Origin: Trichomonas gallinae
Taxonomy: Eukaryota
Assembly: GCA_008369845.1 (NCBI GenBank)
Contig: MRSU01002298.1
Coordinates: forward strand, 1-39,950
Direction of reading: 5' to 3'
DNA length: 39,950 bases
In this document: piece after piece, positions 9,794-20,174 of the stretch
Layout: each line of letters starts with the position of its first letter
Position numbering within the stretch: position 1 is the stretch's first letter
Made by a program: the position numbers and the translations under genes
Notes under the pieces: model-generated
The model's input: the letters and a program-made list of their open reading frames with translations, nothing else
Told to the model about the DNA's origin: nothing
Databases searched by the model: none

Positions 9794-10060
9794 ATGAACC
9801 AACCAAAGGAGCAGCAACTGATATTTACGATTAGTGACAATTTTCTCAAGCCGGATCCAGGACTAATTCGCAATGAAATGACCGACACTCCGGAAAGATA
9901 TATCTCTTTAATTTCGAATCCAGGTGATTTATTATTCGAATCAGTTTTCGAACAGTTGCCTCCATGCGTTATTAAGTCAAATGCAGCTTACAGTGTTGGA
10001 GAAAAGCTTCTAATGCCATACCCAGATAATACTGCACAAATTCTTGAGCCTACAAATTAA
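9794..10060 (+). CDS. Small hypothetical protein (88 aa)
   Basis: ATG ORF, more GC-rich than its flanks, with a TAA stop and promoter-like motifs upstream. Confidence 0.65.
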   Translation: MNQPKEQQLIFTISDNFLKPDPGLIRNEMTDTPERYISLISNPGDLLFESVFEQLPPCVIKSNAAYSVGEKLLMPYPDNTAQILEPTN

Positions 10061-10592
10061 TTTCCAACTGTTTAAATTACTGAGCCTTAAGTAGTTCAGT
10101 AAGCAATGAAGGCAAAATTAATTTTAGTTTTTAATTGAGCATCAATATGATTAGATGAATTAGTATGTGAACATGTTTTTTTAAATGAATATAGAATGAA
10201 AAAGGTTAGAATTCTATATAAAAATTTTGAATCTGAAATTCAAATAGAAAAATATATATATTCAAGTTATAGATGGTGATACTCATCCCCATATTATAGT
10301 TTATATATTTCGACTAATTCCATATGCTTCATATTTGAATACAATGGCAAAAAGAAAATTTATTTGTCAAAATCACTTTTGATATTTGCGAATTTTCAAG
10401 AATATATTGTGATTTATAGCAAGATAAGTGTAATATATCAGTATGCGTATGTATCTAATGAATATTGCAAAAGCTTGGTTCGTTTTATTGATTTTTCATC
10501 TGGAAGAAAAATAAATTTACATGTCATATTAAAATTTATTTGGCAAATACTTGTAAAAAAATCTTCGTTAGTTTAGAATTTTTTTTTGTCAT

Positions 10593-11075
10593 ATGCCTCC
10601 AAAACAAGCAACAGAAGCAGCCAAGCCTCCGCCCAAGAAGAATATAAAGGGAAAGAATCAGGGATTCGAACTTGATTCAACACCACCAACGGCAGGTGAA
10701 GGTGTTTTCGTTTATAAAGATGGAAATGCTAAATATGAAGGGCAATGGCAAAGATTCGATGGAGTCATGAAGCGCCATGGTACTGGAATCTATACAGACT
10801 GTGGTGCAACATATGATGGACACTTTGTTGAAGATAAATACGAAGGTTTCGGAATTTTCACATCAGTTGACGGCGCAGTTTACAAAGGAGACTGGAAAGC
10901 TGGTCTAATGCACGGACATGGTGTATACACATGGCCAGATAAAGCCGTTTTTGATGGAAATTGGGAAAACGGATTAATGGAAGGACCAGGCACATTCACA
11001 GATCCCAGCGGTCGTATTTGGACTGGAACATGGACACACGGAGAAGCAGATTTAGAAAACGTCCCTGTTTCATGA
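10593..11075 (+). CDS. MORN-repeat protein, MORN2-like
   Basis: About 5 YxGxWxxGxxxGxGxY/FT repeats and a basic MPPK N-terminus. Confidence 0.9.
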   Translation: MPPKQATEAAKPPPKKNIKGKNQGFELDSTPPTAGEGVFVYKDGNAKYEGQWQRFDGVMKRHGTGIYTDCGATYDGHFVEDKYEGFGIFTSVDGAVYKGDWKAGLMHGHGVYTWPDKAVFDGNWENGLMEGPGTFTDPSGRIWTGTWTHGEADLENVPVS

Positions 11076-11328
11076 AAAATTATTTTATTCCTTTGTGTTT
11101 TTCTTGTTAGATTGAATATTGATTCTCTAAATACTGTTCATAATGATTTAATACCAAGTTGCATCAATTTTTGAAAAATATTATAAATGATTTCAAAAAA
11201 ACAATAAAATAGAAAAATAAACATAGAAATTTGTGTTTTGGGATGAGAATGATGATATTTTGGGTATTTTGGAAAATGATTTGCTAGAAAAAAAATTATA
11301 TAAGTCAACTTTATAACAACAAACAAAC

Positions 11329-12507
11329 TCATATATGTCTTCTATAAAACCAATATATAATCAGAAGCAAAACGCACATTGTGCAAACCCTCGTTGATGT
11401 ATTCTTCAATTCTCTATTCACTAGTGCAAGTCTGACTCTGTTTGATCCTTTTCTCAGATCCTTCTTAGGGAATTTGCATATAATAGACTCTGGAACTTGC
11501 CCAGCGACAGCATTTAAGTACTTCATGGATTCTTTTCCATAAGTAGCGTGAGCTTCAACCCATCCATCCACGAATGTCGCACTTGTCTTCCTTGTAGCCT
11601 CGTAAATGAATATTTCAATAACCGAAATAGGCGCGTCTGGGAAAACTTCTAATAATTGCGCTGCAAGCAGCTTTTTATCGGAAACTGACAGCGACCTTAT
11701 TGTCTGCAGCAGTACATTAGCCACGTAACAGTCCCTAGGAGTGTTTTGGCGCAAAGATATTTCGGTTAATTGCGCAAAATGCGAACTCGTTATTCTATAA
11801 ACATTCTGTTTGTAAAACGACTGGTGGATGAGGTGGGCTGCACAAATTGCTGCTTCGTCGCATTTCGATTCTTTTGATAGGATTTTGTTCGCTAAAAATA
11901 TTTCAATAATTTGGTGACTGACTAAAGGGTCTAAATGTGCGATTTTATCACTCTGTAGGGCACAGCCAATGATCCAAGTTATAATTGGCATCGATTCTAG
12001 AAAGATATCAGTTGTGAATTCGAATGTTTTAGGCGTTATTAAGTCTGGCCGCAATTTAACAATAATTCCAAGTAAAAACAATGTTGTGCAATAAGTTGTG
12101 CTGAATTTTTTCTCGTTTATGCATTTTTCGATTAAAGGAGTGATTTCTAGTGGTTCAATAGTTGAAATTATGTCTGAAATGGTATCAACAATATCCGTAT
12201 CCTTGAAATACTTGAAGCATGTTAATCTATCATTAAGAAAAATTTTATAATTTTCTTCTTCGTAGTCTTTAATCGGTGGAAATCTATTCGTAAGGTTGAG
12301 AAATCCATTAGTTTCGATTGTTGTTTTAGATAACGCATTTATTATATCATTTAATGTGTAATTCATATTATGATTAAGTTCTCTAAGTATTTTTATGATT
12401 CTTGATGATGAACTCGGCTCTTCAGCGCTCGATGTATCTTCAAATGTAAGGATTGATGCAGTTTCGTTAGTCGCGTCGTTCAAGTCCGCAAATCTGTTAA
12501 AATTCAT
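11329..12507 (-). CDS. Helical protein with a C-terminal TM anchor, probable TMEM214 family
   Basis: ATG at 12507. Motifs IVKLRPDLI, IITWIIG and W-x3-H-x2-Y-x3-S-x3-L resemble TMEM214 blocks. C-terminal VCTMCVLLLIIYWFY-RRHI. Confidence 0.6.
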   Translation of the reverse strand: MNFNRFADLNDATNETASILTFEDTSSAEEPSSSSRIIKILRELNHNMNYTLNDIINALSKTTIETNGFLNLTNRFPPIKDYEEENYKIFLNDRLTCFKYFKDTDIVDTISDIISTIEPLEITPLIEKCINEKKFSTTYCTTLFLLGIIVKLRPDLITPKTFEFTTDIFLESMPIITWIIGCALQSDKIAHLDPLVSHQIIEIFLANKILSKESKCDEAAICAAHLIHQSFYKQNVYRITSSHFAQLTEISLRQNTPRDCYVANVLLQTIRSLSVSDKKLLAAQLLEVFPDAPISVIEIFIYEATRKTSATFVDGWVEAHATYGKESMKYLNAVAGQVPESIICKFPKKDLRKGSNRVRLALVNRELKNTSTRVCTMCVLLLIIYWFYRRHI

Positions 12508-13149
12508 CAATTCTTTTTAAATCTGTCAACCTTCTGACATAGAAAACAGCTGGCTAAAATATGTCTCTTTCTCTAGAAATTGGACTGATTTCGCTCATTT
12601 ATACGAAATGCAAAATTTTCATTGTTTAAAAATTAATCTTTGTTTATTATTTAGCTTCCAATCAATATACTAATCAATTTCACAAAGTTTAATTCGAATC
12701 TTTCGTTGTAATATCTTGAGATCTATATTATTATAGTCTAAAATTTCGTTACTAAATATATTTATTAATGGCAAGATTAAATTTATATGAATTACATCTA
12801 TTTGAAATTTGATTTTAAATTTTGTTTAAAATATTGAGATAAAATAGTGTAATACATATATTATTCAAATATGCAAAGAAATTTGGGTTTCCACAAAATA
12901 ATAAATTTTTCAAAAAAAACATCATTGATATCAAATTTTTTTTTTGCAGATTTTTAGTGCATACATATCATGATATGTCATTAAAGATTGTTAAAATCAA
13001 AATTGATTTTTCCAAAATTATTTTGGTAAAATTTGGTTGGATATGTGTGTTTTACATGTTGTAGATACTAAAAAACATAAATAAAACAAGAAAAAAAAAT
13101 CCAAAATTTTTTTTTTGACCAACTTATTTTTTATCGTCATTAATTAAAA

Positions 13150-14529
13150 ATGGCTGAAGAACAGCAAAATAACCCACCACCAGCAGAAGAGCCAGAGAAA
13201 AAGGAGGAACAACCAGACGAGAATAAGGAAGGTGAAGAAGAACAAGATAATAAACCAAAGAAATCAGCTAAGGAAAAAATGGCCGAAGCTAAAAAGAAGG
13301 CTTTGAAAAACAATACATTCAAAAAAGCTCAGAGAGGAGCTAAAAATTTGCAAATTCCAATTGTTACACCAAACGCAAAATGCCAACTTCGTCTTCTCAA
13401 GCTTGAGCGCGTAAAAGATTGGCTCAAGATGGAAGAGGAATTCATCAACAACTGCGAAACATCAACAGCTCGCGAACAACATCAAGAAGATAAGCGCCGT
13501 AAGCTCGAAGAATATCGTGGTTCCCCAATGATGGTCGGAACACTCGAAGAAATCGTCGATGATGATCATGCTATCGTTTCCCGCTCAATGCAGGACTTCT
13601 ACGTTGGTATTTCTTCATTCGTCGATCGCAAGTCTCTTACAATTGGCTGCTCAGTCTTACTTCACGAAAAAGCTCTCTTAATTGTCGGTCTCCTCGACGA
13701 AGATGCAAACCCACTCGTCGATGTTATGAAGGTCGAAAATGCTCCACTCGAGTCATTTGCTGATATTGGTGGCCTCGAAGAGCAGATTATCGAAATTAAG
13801 GAAGCTGTCGAACTCCCACTTACACATCCAGAAAACTTCGATGATATGGGTGTTAAGCCTCCAAAAGGTGTTATCCTGTTCGGTCCACCAGGCACAGGTA
13901 AGACATTGCTTGCCAGAGCTGTTGCCCGCTCTACATCTGCTACTTTCCTTCGTGTCGTTGGCTCTGAATTAATTCAGAAATATCTTGGTGAAGGTCCTAA
14001 ACTCGTTCGTGAACTTTTCAAGACAGCCCACGAGCTCGCTCCTTCAATTGTTTTCATCGATGAAATTGATGCCGTCGGTACAAAGAGATATGATTCAACA
14101 TCAAGTGGTGAGCGTGAAGTTCAGCGTACAATGCTTGAGCTTCTTAACCAGCTTGATGGTTTCGATGACCGTGGTGATATTAAGGTCATTATGGCTACAA
14201 ACCGTATTGAAACACTCGATCCAGCCCTTATCAGACCAGGCCGTATCGATCGTAAGATTGAATTACCATTCCCAGATAATAAGACAAAGCTTAAAATCTT
14301 CCAAATCCATACTGCAAATATGCACTTAGATAAAGATGTTAACCTCATGGAATTTGCTAACACAAAGGAGGAAATTAGTGGTGCCGATATCAAGGCTATC
14401 TGCTCAGAAGCTGGTCTTATTGCTTTAAGAGCTGGTCGTTTGATGGAATGCCAGGCCGACTTCCGTAAGGGTCATGAAATGGTTATGTATCGTCGCAAAG
14501 AAAATATTCCAGAAGGCCTTTACATTTAA
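13150..14529 (+). CDS. RPT2: 26S proteasome AAA-ATPase subunit Rpt2 (regulatory subunit 4)
   Basis: [45 protein letters not shown], and a C-terminal HbYX tail PEGLYI. Confidence 0.97.
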   Translation: MAEEQQNNPPPAEEPEKKEEQPDENKEGEEEQDNKPKKSAKEKMAEAKKKALKNNTFKKAQRGAKNLQIPIVTPNAKCQLRLLKLERVKDWLKMEEEFINNCETSTAREQHQEDKRRKLEEYRGSPMMVGTLEEIVDDDHAIVSRSMQDFYVGISSFVDRKSLTIGCSVLLHEKALLIVGLLDEDANPLVDVMKVENAPLESFADIGGLEEQIIEIKEAVELPLTHPENFDDMGVKPPKGVILFGPPGTGKTLLARAVARSTSATFLRVVGSELIQKYLGEGPKLVRELFKTAHELAPSIVFIDEIDAVGTKRYDSTSSGEREVQRTMLELLNQLDGFDDRGDIKVIMATNRIETLDPALIRPGRIDRKIELPFPDNKTKLKIFQIHTANMHLDKDVNLMEFANTKEEISGADIKAICSEAGLIALRAGRLMECQADFRKGHEMVMYRRKENIPEGLYI

Positions 14530-14644
14530 AGTCTTACATTTGTACTCTAACTTAATTTTTTTATTATTTTCATTTCAAAATCAAAAAATCACTAAATATG
14601 TTGCGAATATAAACAATTTAAAACAATAATATTAATACTCTATC

Positions 14645-15391
14645 TTAAAATTCATAAAGATCTTCCAAATCAGGTTCCATTTGGCCCAAAATTTGGACAA
14701 GATCGTCATATACTTCCATTGAGAACCTGAGATGCTTGATTTCGTTCGTCATATCTGTTCCAGAGATGACTTCCCACATTGCGAATGCAAATACAGTCTG
14801 AAAAACTTCAGGAGATTTCTGGAGCTTCTCCAAATCATGTACATCGAGATTTACGAAGTAAAAATTAACATCTGGAACATCTTTGAGTGTGATGTTAATG
14901 GTTTTCAAGCCTCTTTGAACGATTTCTTTGATAATTTTCTGCTTGTAGTTAAGAGGAATGAACCCTGCTGCAGGAATGTCGCCAACCCATTTTTCAATTT
15001 CATTAAGTACATCAGCAAAATCTCCTGAGCGAATTTGCATGCCTTCGATTTGGTCTGATTGGAAGTGGCTTAGCTTCTTTGGTGGCTTCTGATCAGGGAA
15101 TTTCTCGACAACATTGCCGATTGGATTTCTTTTCTTCGCTTTATTAATGACGAATCTGTTTTTGAACTTCCTGAAGCACTCATTTGAGCAAAATATTGGC
15201 TGATCTGTAGCTTTTGGAGGAATTGGAACTTTATTTGAGCATCTTGGATATCCACATAATCCTTCATTGTTTCTTTCGACCATGAGCATCATAAATATCT
15301 CTTTGTCGCGAAGAGCTGGATGATCCCAAGTTGCATCATCTATTATCGGCTTTGTAAAGGCATCAAGTAATTCAAAATCGAACTTATCCAT
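14645..15391 (-). CDS. RPAP2: Rtr1/RPAP2-family RNA Pol II CTD phosphatase-like zinc-finger protein
   Basis: VERNNEGLCGYPRCSN...FCSNEC signature. Confidence 0.8.
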   Translation of the reverse strand: MDKFDFELLDAFTKPIIDDATWDHPALRDKEIFMMLMVERNNEGLCGYPRCSNKVPIPPKATDQPIFCSNECFRKFKNRFVINKAKKRNPIGNVVEKFPDQKPPKKLSHFQSDQIEGMQIRSGDFADVLNEIEKWVGDIPAAGFIPLNYKQKIIKEIVQRGLKTINITLKDVPDVNFYFVNLDVHDLEKLQKSPEVFQTVFAFAMWEVISGTDMTNEIKHLRFSMEVYDDLVQILGQMEPDLEDLYEF

Positions 15392-15446
15392 AAAAAAATT
15401 TAGTCGAATGCATCAGACCATTTATCAATTCATAAACACTGGAATC

Positions 15447-15810
15447 AAATCAGTTCATTGCATTCTATTCACCAAGAAAACCATCTTTTACCATACCAAT
15501 TCGCCCAAATACTAAAAGATACCAATCATTTTGCTTACTTTTTCTTCATCTTATAAAATTTTGTCATGTAAACTTGTATTTCTTTATAAATTATGACATG
15601 TAAAATTTCAAGAATTGTTCTTTATTGTTAACAAATTGTCATCAATAGATCTAAATCAGTTCATTACATTCTTTTAACAAAGAAGTGTATCATTTACCAA
15701 ACTAATTAAGCCAAATACTAAAGAATACACATCTTTTTGTTCTCATTTTCTTCTATATTTTATATTTTGTCATGTAAAATTAAATTTTGATATAATATTG
15801 ACATGTAAAT
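15447..15810. repeat. Diverged tandem duplication (about 160-bp unit, 206-bp period) containing a hairpin and two TGWCATGTAAA motifs
   Basis: AAATCAGTTCATTRCATTC at 15447/15653, CCAAATACTAAA at 15505/15711, TGTCATGTAAA at 15562/15768 and TGACATGTAAA at 15594/15799. Confidence 0.85.
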
Positions 15811-15876
15811 GTGATTTTGTCGTGTAAAATTGTTTTTTGACATGTAAAATGCAAAATCTGTTATCTGTCAGAAAAA
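15795..15876 (+). promoter_or_regulatory. Phased motif array plus CAAAATCnGTTATnTGnCAGAAAA tail; homologous to 19420-19522
   Basis: Motifs at 15799, 15818 and 15838, directly upstream of ATG 15885. Confidence 0.65.
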
Positions 15877-15884
15877 CATAATAT

Positions 15885-16106
15885 ATGGAGTCAAGGACAG
15901 CATTGAAGAATGAGATTGATTATCTCGAAGGTTTGGCCAACTACTTGTCTCTACAGATTGTTGAGCAGGGTGGTGATCCTGAATTCGATGTAGAAAAAGA
16001 TATTCCAATTGAAAAACTTAAAAAAGCAATTGAAAATATAAATAACATTGTTAAAGAAAATGATCCAGAAGTTGAACAACCACCAGCAAAAACAGTAATC
16101 GAATAA
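15885..16106 (+). CDS. Small acidic hypothetical protein (73 aa)
   Basis: ATG ORF with a helical, charged sequence and a TAA stop. Confidence 0.65.
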   Translation: MESRTALKNEIDYLEGLANYLSLQIVEQGGDPEFDVEKDIPIEKLKKAIENINNIVKENDPEVEQPPAKTVIE

Positions 16107-16503
16107 TTTCAATACCAACAATATTATATTCTTAATATACAAGTTTGTTTGTCTAATAAAGTTATCTCAGCAAAACAAAACTACTTCATGCTTTTTATAC
16201 TCAATATTTTACTAATAATTAAGTTCCAGATTCACCAAACCTATAGAGTACAGTAAAAAGGATATTTATGGATTGCAACGATTATATTACTTGAGAAAAT
16301 CACGTGAATCGCAGATAATCAATGAATCACTCAAAAAATGAAAATATTAACATGGCCATGAAGAAAAGATATGTATAGCAGAAGAATCCGAAATGATACA
16401 TAAAACACATAGTAATAACACTCGTTTTATTTGATGGAAAAGAATACAGCAAAATAATCTGTTTGAATTTTTATATAAACTATTTGTTTACAAATAATAT
16501 CTT

Positions 16504-19164
16504 TTAATAACAAATAAAGGACCCTGATGGAGTTTGGATTGCTCTAATAGTTTTTATTGGTTCTTCGATTAATTCATTATAAACACCGAAATTATGATAG
16601 GCCTTATCAAAGAATTCTCCGTCGATAAATGATTTGAGTTGTTCAGAATTGAGCTGATTTTGGATGAATTTATAGCATCTTGATTTTGCGCAAACACTCA
16701 AGAATTCATATATAGATATAACGAGTTCAGTAGTTATTTTTGCATTAAACTGTAATTTTTCGACATATATTAAAGGATAGAATAATTTTGATCTCTTATA
16801 TTGATTAATAATTTGAGGATCATCTTCGTACAACCTTATAAAGGTTTTATGTATCCTGAGCGTGTCAATTATCAAAGAAACTCGCAATGATTCATCAATT
16901 TTTGCATAGGGATCTTTTCCTTTGAAATAATAAATGCAATCAATGAGTTCTGGCACAATTGGAGCCTTATCGACCAAAAGTTCGAATAATATGCCAATAC
17001 TCTTAATGCAAGAGATTCGAATTGATTGCTGATTGTAATCATTATTAATTACTTGATAGAGGCCATCAATAAGGCTTGATGCTACTTCTATTAACCCTTG
17101 TGGCTCTGTATTGATTAAATTTGGCAAAATTTCAGATAAATTCAGAATTGCTGAGAAATCTCTTTCGCTCACAACTCTCTGTACATATTTAACAAGAAGT
17201 ACGAAGTAATTTTCGTTGAAATCTGTTCTTAATGGACTAATAATTTTTGCTAAGCTAATATATTTGGATAAAGTCACTAAAATGTTTTGGTTCTCAAACC
17301 CTCCAATTATAAGCGAGTAAATTCGCTCCATTATAGCATCAATTAGTGACGCTAATTCAAGTTTAGGATTGTTATCATGGTGATTTGAAAAGTTTCGTTT
17401 TAGCATGCTCTCAATAGCATCAGCATGCTGCTCTAATATGTATGAGAATAAATCTTGTAATGAATCTTTGTCTACAATGTTCTTTCCTTCTGATAGTGTT
17501 AAAACATCTTTGGCTTTATCAAGAATTGGATTAATGACTTCTGAGAACACAATATATGCATTGCTTAAACTATAATACTTAAATAAAACAGTTTTGAACG
17601 AATCTTTCATAGAATCAATTAATTTTCTTTCAATTGGATCGTCTGATGCTAGCATTATATCTATTATTCCGAGCATGCACGTGAATAACATCGAAAATGT
17701 CTCATCATAGTATGCAAAATCTGGTTGAATCGCAGCATTAATAAATTTCATGCAGAAGATTGCATCTTGCTGTGTGCGTTTGCTATTTTCGATTGCAATA
17801 GCAATAACATCCTGATATTTTGAAAATAAGTCTTGAAGATTAGTTTTAAATATTCTAATTAAAATGTGAAACGATTCGTGCCTAATCAAATCGATGTCAT
17901 GGGTGGATTTAGTTATAAGATATTCAAATGCTTGGTCTGAATTAGGAATTGATAGAAAATCAAAATATGAAAATAAAAATTCTAAAACAAACAAAGAGAA
18001 TAAAGTAGCTTCGTTACCATCATTTCCACAGTACGTGTTGAATGTTGCAATGAAATTTTCAAGAAATGCTTGACGATATAAAGGATTCCGTGAAAATTCC
18101 TCCACAATTTTGCTTACATGATATATAATGTGATTGTCGTCATCAAATATGTTATCATCGATACGTATATTGTGTATAAATGCATAAACTTGCTCGTGTA
18201 ATTGAACATAAATTTGTTGTGGGAATTGGTTGATTGTTTCTTCGTTTGATCGCATCAATTTCATAACTTCTGCCCAAAAGTCGCACGCAATCCTGTTATT
18301 TGAATTATTTAGGGCTAAATCATTCTTGAACCAAGCAAATATATCATTAATTATTTTTTCTTCAATATTCGGATAAACAAACTGTAGTATTGTCAGAGTA
18401 ATTCCATAAGGGAGATCGTGAGGAGTTGATTCATTGGAATTTTGAATTGCGGTATGAAGAATGGAAGTAAGATCAATATGTTGGCTAAGATTGTTATCTG
18501 TATCGATTTCTCTTAATATTTGCGTGTAGTTTTCGAGAAAAGGCAAAATTATTTTTTTGTTTTCATAATCAGTCGGCGAATTTAAAGAGAGGATCGAAAT
18601 GCACGTAGAAATTAGTATATTTTGGAAATCTAGGTAGTTTTCGTCTTCAATTATCTTAGGAAAATCTTTGTTTGATAAAATTTCTGCAAAAAGCGCAATT
18701 GCTCCAAATTTCGCGTATTGGGAGTAACTATTATCTTCATTTTTAATGTAACTTACTATATTTTCGATGCTATCTTTAAAGAAAACGCTATATTTTTCTA
18801 AACTGAAAATAAATCTAAGATTTTTGGCACCATACTCTCTAACCAGTGGACTTGAATACTGTAGTGCCAGATATTGAGCTGAAAGAAGTAAATTATCATT
18901 TTCTTCTTTAAAAGTCGATAAAATTTGCGCTGCTTTGTGTGATGCCATAGGGTCATCGTTAAAAAGTCCTTTTAAAATCGACATGCAAAGCGAAACCCAT
19001 GTTGCTGGAAATTTATTTGCAATAATTAAATCGCAGCAATAAAGGATGAAATTTCCTTGGTCAGTGTCTCGCATAGTGATAATTGCCGTGTTTGCCGATT
19101 GAAGTTTCTCGTTGTCGCCGGAGAAATACTCATTAAACAGATCAATCAAAGGATTTTCCGACAT
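16504..19164 (-). CDS. Divergent HEAT/ARM-repeat protein, importin-beta-like
   Basis: 886 aa with an all-helical pattern. The N-terminus LIDLFNEYFSGDNEKLQSAN resembles IBN_N; HEAT-like PLVREYGAK and DLIRHESF. Confidence 0.7.
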   Translation of the reverse strand: MSENPLIDLFNEYFSGDNEKLQSANTAIITMRDTDQGNFILYCCDLIIANKFPATWVSLCMSILKGLFNDDPMASHKAAQILSTFKEENDNLLLSAQYLALQYSSPLVREYGAKNLRFIFSLEKYSVFFKDSIENIVSYIKNEDNSYSQYAKFGAIALFAEILSNKDFPKIIEDENYLDFQNILISTCISILSLNSPTDYENKKIILPFLENYTQILREIDTDNNLSQHIDLTSILHTAIQNSNESTPHDLPYGITLTILQFVYPNIEEKIINDIFAWFKNDLALNNSNNRIACDFWAEVMKLMRSNEETINQFPQQIYVQLHEQVYAFIHNIRIDDNIFDDDNHIIYHVSKIVEEFSRNPLYRQAFLENFIATFNTYCGNDGNEATLFSLFVLEFLFSYFDFLSIPNSDQAFEYLITKSTHDIDLIRHESFHILIRIFKTNLQDLFSKYQDVIAIAIENSKRTQQDAIFCMKFINAAIQPDFAYYDETFSMLFTCMLGIIDIMLASDDPIERKLIDSMKDSFKTVLFKYYSLSNAYIVFSEVINPILDKAKDVLTLSEGKNIVDKDSLQDLFSYILEQHADAIESMLKRNFSNHHDNNPKLELASLIDAIMERIYSLIIGGFENQNILVTLSKYISLAKIISPLRTDFNENYFVLLVKYVQRVVSERDFSAILNLSEILPNLINTEPQGLIEVASSLIDGLYQVINNDYNQQSIRISCIKSIGILFELLVDKAPIVPELIDCIYYFKGKDPYAKIDESLRVSLIIDTLRIHKTFIRLYEDDPQIINQYKRSKLFYPLIYVEKLQFNAKITTELVISIYEFLSVCAKSRCYKFIQNQLNSEQLKSFIDGEFFDKAYHNFGVYNELIEEPIKTIRAIQTPSGSFICY

Positions 19165-19419
19165 TTTCTAATGGTTGTCAAAAAATCATGTCAAAAATTT
19201 TGATAAAAATCTCCACCGAATTATATAATATTCGCTTTAACACTCATATCTTTTATGATCACCTGTTATACGTCATTTCTATAATATAAAACATGATATA
19301 GTAATTTCAAAACATCAGGAACAAGTTTACATTGTCACTTTTAATTGAAATTAAACGGTTATTTTAAAATATATCCAGAATTGATATATTGATAATGTTT
19401 TTAAAAACTTTGAATTATA

Positions 19420-19522
19420 ATATTGACACGTAAATATGATTTTGACATATAAATATCAATAATGTCGTGTAAATATGTTTTAAGACATGTAAAATTACAA
19501 AATCGGTTATTTGACAGAAAAT
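19420..19522 (+). repeat. Second copy of the phased motif module (4 motifs)
   Basis: TGACACGTAAA 19424, TGACATATAAA 19443, TGTCGTGTAAA 19463 and AGACATGTAAA 19483, followed by CAAAATCGGTTATTTGACAGAAAA. Confidence 0.8.
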
Positions 19523-20174
19523 TATAAATTTGATAATTTTAATATACAACAAATAATAGATAATTTCTTGTGGGATTTTGTTATTTTATGACGCACGTTA
19601 AAAGCTCACAAAATTGTGACGACATTTTCAAGAAAAAATCCCACTTTGTCAAAATGTGGGAATTGTCAGATATAAACTTAATATATATTTTATGTGTTTT
19701 CTTATTTTATTAATTATTAAACTTCGGAATAAGACAAACTGCTTTATTTGTGGCTGCAAATAATGACCAATAAAATAATTTTTTGATTTAGAGTACTCGC
19801 ATACAATCCTTACTATTGTAAAATGTTTTTATTATTTTTTTTTCTCGATCATATGTTGATAAAAAATTTATTATATCAAAAAACAATATATGTAAGAGTA
19901 ATTTCGCTTAAAACAATTTTCTAGATTTGTTTATTGATTCATCTAAAAAAATCTGAAATTTTAAAAAAAAATTTAAATACTTTTTAATCAAAATTACCTA
20001 AATTACTGCAATTTTTGCTGCTTTTTGTTAATGATTTACTCCAAAAAAATCAAAAATCTGAAATTTCAAAAAAAAATGCTATTTAGTTTATATTAAAATA
20101 ATTATAATGTTTTTTATTGATGATTCATTTTAAACAGAGAAAAAATCTATAATTCAAAAAAACACAAAAAATCT

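Noticed and set aside
10364..10576. 70-aa ORF upstream of the MORN gene (likewise 11138-11332 and 22918-23139)
   Set aside because: AT-rich intergenic or antisense composition with no protein-like features; 10364 starts at TTG and runs across a promoter motif.
14527..14530. TAAA overlapping stop codons (also in Prp43, Vps53, the HEAT gene and the 25170 gene)
   Set aside because: This is the known trichomonad polyadenylation signal; used only as taxonomic support.
19940..20080. Repeated AAAAATCTGAAATTT-poly(A) blocks
   Set aside because: Short and low-complexity; not distinguishable from AT-rich background.
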